DNA of 64,000 nucleotides from Trichinella spiralis. Its lineage: Eukaryota. Shown piece after piece: positions 26,654-43,068 of this stretch. The position numbers were made by a program, and so were the translations under genes. The notes below the pieces were generated by a model. That model made no database searches, was not told the DNA's origin, and saw only the letters and a list, made by a program, of their open reading frames with translations. Location of the stretch: contig NW_003526943.1 in the NCBI RefSeq assembly GCF_000181795.1, forward strand, positions 7,523,566 to 7,587,565. The letters are read 5' to 3'. Positions within the stretch are counted from its first letter, which is position 1; every line of letters starts with the position of its first letter.

Positions 26654-28513
26654 ATGAGTGCAAAACGACAGCCCAAAATGCTCGGAAAAATGAACAATAG
26701 CGTGATCGATTTAGAACAGCAAGATGATTTTGCTCAGATCAAAGACTTTCTTACGTCAGAATCGTTCAGTCAAACCACTGAGTCCAAAAGTGAAAACAAA
26801 GAAAATATGAATTCTAACACCATATCAACTCCAAGAGTGTTTGAAAAACAAGAAGTAGTCACTATTTATCATCAGTGTTGTCAGCTCAGTGCCCACAATA
26901 AGATTACGATTAAAAATGCGTTCAGTTTGCAATTGTTGGACGTTTTAAAAGAAGTTGCTTCTGATCAAGCAGATAATTTGGATTTTGCAGGAGCTGGGAA
27001 AGCTCTTGAAGCTGGTTCAAAAATTTACGGCTGCCGTGTTGACAATGTCCATCAACAAACGCACCAATTGTTTAATAAAACGAACAGAGAGCGTCTTGTA
27101 GAAAGCACAGAAAATGATGAATCATCTCCCGTTGTAACCAAGGCGAAAAAACGAAAAGCTCGAGTTAATGTTATTGAAACCGACTTGAAAAACATCACGT
27201 TAACTTTTCCTCATATAGAAGCAGTATCGCTTCCTCGACTGAATTTGGCTGGTGAATATTTTGACAAGGGAATAATTAGCACCGCTTTTTCACAAATATG
27301 TGATACAATAGACGATTATAACGCTAAATGTCTTTACGATATTCCCCTTGAGGAACCAGAATTACCTACGAAGCCTATACCCTACGTAGAATTTCCTGAC
27401 AAAGAAATAATTGGTTGCAGTGTTATCTTTCCAAGTTTTGAAAAAGTTACTGATGACGTACCACGATCTTCAGAGAAAGTACTGGAATTGCTGGGTCATG
27501 AACCGGATGATAATGACATTACGGTGGCGAATGCAGCGATGCAATTTACCCAGCAGTTGGAAAATCTCACGGATTTGCATCAAGATGTGATGAACATAAC
27601 GAACGATTTTATCAACGAAGATGAGGATTGTGAAACGACGTCCAATTTGTTCTACGAACCGTTTCATTTGGATAATCTGGCAGCAATGGTTTCAATGAAA
27701 GAATTGAAGTATTCATATTTTGATCCAGAACGGCTGCCTGCTGAATTTCGGAAAGCGTCTACGGTTTCCGGTCCGAAGAAAACACAGCATCGAGCAGCGA
27801 AGAAGAGGAAAATGGAAGAAATGGAGTTGGATTTTGACACTGTTTTGGATTTTGACGAAGTGATCAATGACGGTTGCAAACGAATAGAAATGAGCGAACA
27901 AACTTTGCACAATCTGGTTTGCAACAGAGTGGTGTGCATGGATGACTTCAACTTTATACCTGAAATGTTTATGAGATTATGGTCGACCGGTGCATTGATC
28001 AAGAGTAATTTAACAGCGGACTATCAGAAAGCTAAGATGTTGAACAATATGCAAGAAGAAGAAGAAGAATTCGGCAGTTTGGGAAATGTCGGTTACAGTG
28101 ACGATGACGACGATTTTGCCGAAAATAATGTCGAATGTGAAATTTCTGCCCAAGGCACCCAAGCTGCAATTCAAGCTGAAAACAGTTTACCATCGTCTGA
28201 CATTTGTGAATTGTCCTTGTTGGCGGATTGGAAAAATTCTTTCATGCCTCTGGCTGCTTGTTCTTCTAGCAACAGGAAAATAGATGTGCAGCGTATAAAA
28301 GCGATTTCGATGCAAACCCTGGAAAAGAACATTGCAGAAAATTCAGAATGCAAATTTAGCGAGATCGTTTCGAATCTTCGAAAACAGGAAAAATCGCCTA
28401 ATGAAGAATTCTCCGTCGCAGCTTCTTTTGTATGCTTGCTTCATTTGGCTAATGAAAACAACTTGCAGCTGATCACTTCCCAAGAATCTGATATCATTGT
28501 CAAAAAAAATTGA
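26654..28513 (+). CDS. NCAPH: Condensin I kleisin subunit (CAP-H/Barren/Cnd2), single coding exon
   Basis: N-terminal NKITIKNAFSLQLLD...LEAGSKIYGCRVDNVH and C-terminal SFVCLLHLANENNLQL kleisin motifs. First ATG at 26654, shortly after a ttttag acceptor. Confidence 0.92.
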   Translation: MSAKRQPKMLGKMNNSVIDLEQQDDFAQIKDFLTSESFSQTTESKSENKENMNSNTISTPRVFEKQEVVTIYHQCCQLSAHNKITIKNAFSLQLLDVLKEVASDQADNLDFAGAGKALEAGSKIYGCRVDNVHQQTHQLFNKTNRERLVESTENDESSPVVTKAKKRKARVNVIETDLKNITLTFPHIEAVSLPRLNLAGEYFDKGIISTAFSQICDTIDDYNAKCLYDIPLEEPELPTKPIPYVEFPDKEIIGCSVIFPSFEKVTDDVPRSSEKVLELLGHEPDDNDITVANAAMQFTQQLENLTDLHQDVMNITNDFINEDEDCETTSNLFYEPFHLDNLAAMVSMKELKYSYFDPERLPAEFRKASTVSGPKKTQHRAAKKRKMEEMELDFDTVLDFDEVINDGCKRIEMSEQTLHNLVCNRVVCMDDFNFIPEMFMRLWSTGALIKSNLTADYQKAKMLNNMQEEEEEFGSLGNVGYSDDDDDFAENNVECEISAQGTQAAIQAENSLPSSDICELSLLADWKNSFMPLAACSSSNRKIDVQRIKAISMQTLEKNIAENSECKFSEIVSNLRKQEKSPNEEFSVAASFVCLLHLANENNLQLITSQESDIIVKKN

Positions 28514-29601
28514 TTTTTTACAAGTTATTTTATGGAATGTTCATTTGCTTTATCTACATTCATGAACATTTAATTTTTTTATTATGCACACACCACGTAT
28601 ATTTATACTTATTTATTGTAATTGTTGTTAATTTAGCTCTTTGGTAAGTGACTATTATTTTGAATATTATTTTATGTGAGTGTGATTTTTACTTTTCAAC
28701 TCTCTAGCTACATTTTTCGAGCACGTTGAAAGTTATTTTCTGTTGTCGAAGTGATATGCAAATAAAATTTTATTTTTTGTAAGAATGTGATTTTTGAAAG
28801 AACATTTCAAGACAAAAGATTTCATAATTGCTTTGTAACTTTTTTGATATGCTGATATGTTTTGATGTGTGTTTTTGAAAATGTTAATTGGATTCTGTAA
28901 AATATTACCGCAATTTTTGTTGCCGAAATCATTTTCATCAGAAATAACTTTGTCAATTTTTATAAGAACAAACAAGAAAACATTTATTATGACTTTGTGT
29001 TTTATTTCGTGCAATTAATTATCCAACTCATCAATGTATATTACCGTTGCAAAGGTTTTCTTTCTTCAACTATTCTTTTAATATTTATGCTTCCAATTTA
29101 TATTAATTTCTGTTTCAGGATACTTGAGACTTTGAAATTTCACAGCCTGTTGGGTTGTAATTTCATAATTTTTGCTCATGAATGAGAAGAACAGCAACAT
29201 TACTTACAGATAGCAGCAATGCATAATATGAAAATAAATTTTTTATATTAATAATTTTGATTTTTGATGATTTTACAAAAAGATATTGAAATTAATCGAA
29301 TAAATTTTGCTGAATTTTAAAATTAAAATTACTGATCAGAAATTGTTATTTATTTTATTGTATTCAATTTGCAATTCTTTCAACCTAACCAAACTTTTTT
29401 TCAGAGATAAGCATATTTTTCTTCAATGTTTTTTTCATTTCATAATTTGAATAGTTCTTTTAGTAATTTTGAAAGTGTTACGCAGATAATATTTAATAAG
29501 ATCTTCAAGAATGTAATGTGCAAAACATTTAATGAAATTATTGTCCAAATAAGCACAACTGGGCTGTTGATAAAGTGAAATAAAAATAATCGACGAAATT
29601 A

Positions 29602-30154
29602 TTACCAAATGGCAAAAGTTGTACCTTGATATGCGTGACCGCCTTGACCACGCATGAACTTTTCTGCCCATTCCAAATCTGCAAATTGGATTACTTTACT
29701 GTATGGTGAGTAAAATTCATAAATTCTTGTAAAAGCGTCACAGGCACCATAGCCGGGCGCTGCATAGCCAATAATGCCTTTATTTTCATAACCTTCAGAC
29801 AGTCGAACTTTGAGCAACAGTTCGTCAGTGATGTAATAATGGGACCTCTGCAATGGACTGTAGATGCAATAAATTGGCAATAATTCAGGACACATGGGAT
29901 CTTCTTCTGGAGAAACGCTGCCGATTGTTCCCAAGTCGGTATATTTGGAATCTTTTCTCATTTTTTCATACTCTATTCTATCGGTCAACAACAAATTGGA
30001 TCTGTTCAGATTGTCGTAAAGTCGGTAAAGATTTTTCAATATTCCTAAAAGTTGAAGAGAACAATTATTTCAATTTGATTGCAAATTTTTTCTCACTTGG
30101 AGCACCATCAACTAGGCAAAAGCTGTAAAAGATGAAAAAGAAAAGTAGATTCAT
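29602..30154 (-). CDS. Secreted protein with three LYRLY-type repeats (DUF5648-like)
   Basis: Signal-peptide exon 30154-30097 (MNLLFFFIFYSFCLVDGAP) joins 30044-29602 in frame. Repeats are LYRLYD, PIYCIYS..HYYIT..GYENKGIIGY and RIYEFYS..YQGTTFAIW. Confidence 0.75.
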
Positions 30155-30901
30155 TGGTTAATTAAAAATTTTTCGACTAGTCCAGTTAGACATTGTTCGG
30201 CAATTTATATAATAAATCGAAATTGGAATACAAGCACCTTTGTTTAATATTGATATTAAACTTTGGAATTTTAATGCATTTCAAAAATTGCATCATCAAG
30301 CTACCCAAAAGCGGCTTCTTCTCTTCATCAACTAACTGATGTTCAGTGTTGCACGAGCGCGCGTGAATTTGTTGAAACAGAAATGCCGAACATTTGCTCA
30401 TCATGTTAGAAAAATATTTTCCGTAAAAATGAAAACACAAAATTGTGCAAAATTTATTACTAATGATAGATTTGTGCAAATGTTCGCAACTGTTCAACTT
30501 CATCTCTGGATATTTTCATTTTCAAGCAAACTTGCCGTCAACTGTTGATCAGAAAGTAAATTTGTTGTTGACTGAAGAGACTTGAATCATTTGTTCTTTT
30601 TTAGTGAAATTCAGTTTCCATTTGCATAAAACATCAACAGCGGATGTTATTAAATTATCACACAAACATGATATGGTCGACTTGAATTTCAAATTCATTA
30701 TATATCATTATTGTATTATATAAATTGCTAATTTCAGCGTTCAGTTAGTTAGCTGCTAAGTGAATCAATAACCATTCGGAGTGGCATTTCAAAATAAGCA
30801 TAATAGCTTATAAGTTGAAGCTTTGTAAAAGGGATAAGTTTCCAACTTTTCTCACCTTTGGACGAGGTAAAATTGTACAAGAAATTAAAAAAAAATTATC
30901 A

Positions 30902-32049
30902 ATGGATGAATATTTTGCCAAGAAAGAGCCGGATGCGGTTGAAAGCAGTTCGTCCAATTCTTCTCTAGAAGAAATGCTTCTTTATTACAACAAAACGAAT
31001 TTGCTATTCTTTTTCTCTGGACTAGTGATCATGTTCCTGAACGCTCTGCTATTGTTCATAATTTTCAAATTGCGACGTCGAAAAAAATATTTCATCATCA
31101 TCTCAAGTATATATTATTTATTTAACTATAAACCATTATGAAGTATTTCGGTAAATTATTATTGTCATTCTTCTGCTCATTTTTAATGTATCATTTAGGC
31201 GTTTGCATTTCAGTATTTCTACATGGTGCTGGCTATTTAACAGCATCATTCCAACGCTATTTGGTGCATTATTTAAGCTGGCTTTTCACTGAAACGTGGA
31301 AATGCTCATTCTGGCCACACCTTCTGCTGCTCGATCTCGGCGAAAAAGGAAGCTGCTTGTTTTTTTTCATCTTAACTTTGGACAGATTTCTTTCAGTCAT
31401 ATTTTCAAATTATTGCAGATTGTTCACCGCAAAAAACTGTTCGAAATTGATAATCAACCTCTACGTTATGCTAATTCTTGAATCCATGGCTTTGATTGCT
31501 TGGCGCTGCCTTGGCAAAGATGGACGAACAATCATTCTCGGATTTTGTTATCATGTGCAATTCTTCTCCGCTGATTATTATTTTTACCACTGTATGATAA
31601 TGGCTGTTGTCGTGAGTTTTAATTTGTTTCTTTATATTGTTTGTATTCTGATGATGTTAATCAAGCGGAACATTGGTGAGAAGATAACAACCACTTTCTT
31701 TGATATACAACAGCGGAGGGATAATGTCGTTCTGAAAAAGCTTACTCACATGATGCTTTGCACGCTTCTTATTCACACTGTTCCTCTTATTTTACTTTTT
31801 GCCACATCGTTCCATGTCCCCAACATTCTTCATCCGGTGCATTATTTTTGGGTTCTACAGCCGATAGCTTTGTCTATGCATTTGTTCACCACTTGCTTGA
31901 TCAATGAAGAATTTCATGCTGCATTCAAGTCCAGGCTAAGCAATACCTTTAAAAACTTAAAATTTTCACTTTCCAAGAATAACGCAGTTTCCAACGCAGT
32001 GGTCATTTCAAACAATAAATTGCAAACTTTGCAGTTGAACTGTTATTGA
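30902..32049 (+). CDS. Class-A-like 7TM GPCR / serpentine chemoreceptor, two exons
   Basis: Exons 30902-31106 and 31199-32049 join in frame. About seven hydrophobic segments, LTLDRF at the end of TM3, and extracellular cysteines. Confidence 0.82.
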
Positions 32050-32542
32050 AATGAATAAAATTAAATTGACCTTGTACTTTTCTTTCTTGTTGAAATGAGA
32101 TCGTTATTAATTGAATTCAACATTTTGCACTGATGTCATTTATCAGAGTTTGAACATTGAATCAAATTAACTTATTATTTATTAACTTATTATTCTATTT
32201 CTGTAATTTTTCACTTCATTTGTCTTTGATTATGATTTTATCATGAAAATTTTTGCAAAGCTTAGTGTTTGTCAAATGATTAAAGCGCTTTATTAAACAA
32301 CAAAATGCAGCGTTTATAACATCGCACGACTGACTATCCTTTAAATGCACTGCTGATTTGTAAGACGTTATTTCTTTATCCAGTATGCTTGAGTAACTAC
32401 TGTTCATTGGTTTCGGCAAGATTTTTGGCACTTAGTTAAATGATTGCTATACTGATGAATGAAGGGAATATGATAAACCCATGGACAATATTATCGAGCT
32501 TTTGTTTTAAAAACGCAATGTATTATTCAAATAATAAAAGTA

Positions 32543-33014
32543 AGAGCAATGTAATAAATTTAAATAATAAAATTGAAAATGTAAAATTTTGTAAATAATT
32601 TAATATTTCGTAGTAAATATGCATTGCGTAATTATATTAGGAATTGAAAGATATTATCCATTGGGCAGCGAGTAGCACGGTGGCAAGTCGTATAGCTTGA
32701 CGTGCTTGACTCATAGGGTTCGATTCTTGCTGCCTCGTGAAAATGTAATATAATCCTAATGCATGCTGCTCTACCCGGCTGTAAGTCGGTGGTCTTGCAC
32801 TTCCGGACGCAGTGCGTGGGATTCAATACCCAGGCTACATCCCGGAGAATCCCAATACACGCTGCTCTGTGGCAGGTAAAGGAAGATCTCCTTTCAAAGC
32901 TTTTTATATGATAATGACTCTAAATGAGCATTCAAAAAACGGGACTATTTAAATATCCACACAAATTTTTCAAACGCACTAGCTATTAATAATGTAAATC
33001 TTAAGATCTGGTCA
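32543..33014 (+). repeat. tRNA-like repeat family, copy C (leader, about 2.3 progressively diverged units, trailer)
   Basis: Leader shared with copy B and trailer shared with copy A. Internal direct repeats aatcctaatgcatgctgctct (32752) and aatcccaatacacgctgctct (32848). Confidence 0.82.
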
Positions 33015-36000
33015 TTCTGTTAACGACCACTTTTTTCTTCAACTTTGCCAAAAATCTTTCCAACAAATGAGTCTTGATTGCTAATTGCATTGGTGATATC
33101 CACTCAAATATTTCGAGCAATTTCTGTCATTTTGGAACAATGTATGCAACGAACAACTGTTCGTTCACTTTAAGCACTTTCAACAAAGTAGTTATTACAT
33201 TCCTATGAAAGCTTATCAATCTCCAGTGTTTTACTTTAAACTTTTGATTTTAAACATAACTGTGTGATTGTTTCAAAAAGTCTTTAAAAAAGTCTTAAAA
33301 CGCAGTTTCCAACGCAGTAGTCAATTCAAACAATTGTGATTTTATCAGTTTCTCATTTGATATTAATTGCTTGTTCAGTTAGTTAAAAAATTAAAATATG
33401 AATAATTTCTAAGCAGATCAAATGGAATATTTTTAGTTATTTTAAATGCGCGAATTGATTTAAACAAGAACACGATTCTCTTTTACGATACTTATGACAT
33501 CGGTTGTGTTAATTTTTTGCATTAAAATGTCAGTATTACATATAAATTTAAAAATAAATATATTTTATAACTCAATACTTTATTCAATTTTAATAATTCA
33601 GTAAACTGCTTCTGATTAAAAATTAAATTTTAAGCTTTTGAATCATTGTCAGTCGCGTGTATTTATAATATTTTTCGTTAAAAATAATATTTTTAAATTC
33701 ATCTAAATTTATTTTTCAAATTTAAAATCAATTTACTCTTACATACAGGGTGTTCAGTTTTTACCATTATACAGTACTAACATGCATTTACTTAAGCATC
33801 ATTATTTTTGTAGCTCAAACACTTGCGAGCCGGTCACTGCCAGCAACTTTGTCTTGTAGTGATTTCTCAACTAGTTAATATTAAATTTTAATTCCGGTAA
33901 GCAACTTGATTCATAAAAAATGATGATAAATTAACTGGCTTTTAAAATTATGAATAATTACTTTCAGTCGTTTTGCAGTTATTCAATTTAACAAGTAGAA
34001 GATTAATCATAATTATAGCGAAAAGATTAAACGGACAGTTTATAATTTATTTTGTTAATATTTTAGTTGAAGTAATGAATTGAATTTGTAAAAATTTTTT
34101 GTTTTTATTATTTGTACAGCATTAATTATTATTAATTTTCAACATTTTTCCTCTTAATATTATTTGAATTGAATGACTACTGGCTGTATTTTACTTCATT
34201 TTTCTGCTTTAGCTGAAAGTTTGTTCATAATTTTATTTTTTTGCTTCTAGATGGAGTAGGTACATTGGAGGAATTGCTCATTAGATTTTATTGTCCCTTC
34301 TGTAATTTTTAGTTTTATTTAATGTTGTGTATATAGAGAGTAAAAAAGAAGAAAAAGGCAACATTGTCAGTATTGTTTCTGTTCTCATATGCTGAATGTT
34401 TGATTTGGTTTTTCTCAATAATTTTTTATGGGCAGAATGGCATTTAGAGATTGTTTTACTGGAACAAAATTTGCAGTTGTTGTTGTAATATTTTGTTTGA
34501 CAGTTTTATGAATTGGTTGACGGTGTTGAAAATTTGTTTGTCGTTTTACTTAGGCAAAAGTATTGTTTTTTTCTTATACATTGTTAAGAATGAAAATGAG
34601 TTGCTCTGATCTCGTAAGGAAAAGAGTTATTTGTTGCGGCAGTTCAAATTGCACAGAGAGAATAAATTGAAAACTGTTAGTTAATTTTATTTTAATTTAT
34701 TGTTTTCCTGTGTGAAATTCACTGCGAAAACAAACAAAATCATGGAAAGTTTGATTAAACAGGATTTTTTTTCTCCATTACAAAATGTATGATTTAAATT
34801 TTTTGAGCATTTATTTTGTACAGAAGAATAGCAATATATATTTCATCTGTTTGTTTGTTTTATAGTGCTACTAATTTTTTATTCAACCTGTAATGAATTT
34901 GAAAATGAAAAAATAGTAACGTTAATTTAACATTCATGTCATTATCTTGTTAATAATCGATACTGTATAACTGTAACATCAGAATTTGTTTTTCCATAAA
35001 AAATTAGAAATGATTTTTTTCTTTGAAGTATCTTGATCTCTTGGGTTTTTTTGTGAAACATTATTTTAAAAAATTTGTAAATGTTGCATTTATGTTGTAT
35101 GCGTATCAGTCAGTTCGTTTTCGCACGGTTTCTTCAGTTGTACAGTAATCCTTTTTCCCAGACGTCTGTTTCGAAAACGATTTGCTCTTGTTCCCCTGTG
35201 ATATATATATATATATATGTATATAACATTCAATCGATAGCAGTTTGAGCTGGTCAACCAAAAAAGGTTGCATGAACATTTTGCAATAAAAAATCAACAA
35301 ATAGTACGAGCATTTTTTTGTTTCTTGTTCTATTCATCACTTTTATTAATACATCTCGAACATGTCACTTCTCGGCTGACAGGCAGGCAGTCTTGTTCAT
35401 TTGAGAAAACGTTAGTTGGGTGGAATTTTGAAAAATGGACATTTTTTACTTCAGCACCGACTGGCATATTTTAATTTTTTCATCCTCGATTTAACATCAG
35501 AGGAGGGATTCATATGTTTGTTAGTTATTTTTTTATCACTTGTGATTTGAATTAGCCGCAGCAATATGGGAAAGTGGGAAAATTTTGTTTTTTTAATATA
35601 TTATTCACATTCATTCATTTCATTGGTTTGTTCATGCTGTACAACAGAGCAGTAGCATTTCGTTAGAATGTCATTTTACTGGGCAAAAAGGTTGTTGTTC
35701 TTTTGGGTTTTTCCTGTGCTTGTAAAATTTTGAACGTGAGAAATTGTTTGCTATTTATTTTTCAATTATTCTTCAGTTGAAATTTTTGTTTTCCATATTT
35801 ATGCAAATGAACGTTGATGAATAAATAATTTTTTTCGATTCTGTGATCTCGTCGTCTTATTGGTCAGCGAAAAACGGAGAGGATCAATCCGAAACTAGCT
35901 CTGGATTTTCGAATGATTCAAGCATTTTAAGCAGAGAATGGAAATCAGATCAGATCACGGTTTACGCGCGGGCGCGGCTGTCGATTATTTCCTTCTCTCA

Positions 36001-36222
36001 GTTTGTAGCAATGTTTGCTTTGATTTTCTGGTACATTTTGACGCTGTTTGTTGGCTGCGAACGTTTCATTTAGTCAGTTGTTTTTCTTTAATGTAAAAAT
36101 TTGACATTAATTTTTATTTTTAATTAATAAATTTAATTTTTCCGAAATTGTTCAATCGGCAACGTTGTGTTTGTCAGTTGTTTGCATTGCAGGTGCTGAC
36201 AGTTTGTAAACAGTGGATCGCA

Positions 36223-42105
<5,883 letters not shown>

Positions 42106-43068
42106 TGATGAAAAAAAGCGGTAATGAAGTGCTGCGGCTATTGAAAAAAAAAACAGAATAACACATCATCTCTCACTTCATTGTGAATTAATTCATTTTT
42201 AGCTTCGTTTGCTTTTGCTTTTTAAAACTATTTTTTCTTCTTTCCAAACTGACACTTTACCGTACTACTGTTATTAATTCTTGATTTTCTTTTTCTTTTC
42301 TCCTTTTTTTTCTTTCCTTTTCTTTTCTTCTCTTTTTTCTTTTTATGATTTTCATTATGATTTTGGCGCAACGTTGAAGTTATTGCGCAAATTGGGAAGA
42401 ATTTATGAAATCATCAATAATTGGCAGATGGAGAAAGCGAGAATTTTTTCTTTTCTTTTCTTCCATTTTTTCTCCCATTTCACACTACCAAGCCGTTCTT
42501 ATATTTCTGCTTCCCATCATCAATCACCATCATATCTTCTCATTGATATAAAAAAATTAATAAATGAATTGTTTTTTCAGTTTTTAAAAAATTTATCGAT
42601 ATTGGTGCACAGCTTTTTTTTCACTTGCATGTTACTTAGTCATGTGTTGATTGATTGATTGATTTATTTATTTATCTATCTGTCTTGCTATCTATTGTGC
42701 TTTTTCTTATTCTTATTATACACTCACTCTCAGTTTTTATCAGTTATCATTTTTTGGAAAATTTTTCATATATAGATTGTTGCGTTTTTCTTTTGCCGTC
42801 ACGGACGGGTAATGTTCTTTTGTTGCAAATTCTAGAAACAAGTGAAAAATGTTGCTAAATATCCATATTATATGTGAGAAATGATAAGAAGGATATGTGT
42901 TATTTATTATTCTCATTATTGGGTTGACAGAGCAAGTAAAATTCTTCTTCACATCTCTGTGCGATAATATGTCTTTTGTGATGAGAACAAGGAAAAAGTA
43001 TTTTCTCTTGTTATACTTGTGCGTAGAAAAACTTTTTTCCTTTATTATTATTATTATTTGACTGTAGG

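Noticed and set aside
27470..28353. Short antisense or alternate-frame ORFs inside the condensin gene
   Set aside because: Shadow ORFs of the real CDS.
32752..32868. CRISPR-like repeat-spacer-repeat
   Set aside because: Only two imperfect repeats, the spacer is itself a decayed unit, there are no cas genes, and the context is eukaryotic. Reported as a tandem unit array instead.
33020..33240. Coding-like minus-strand stretch
   Set aside because: Several stops and no recognisable family.
33743..33775. TACAGGGTGTTC mariner-like terminus
   Set aside because: No partner inverted repeat found.
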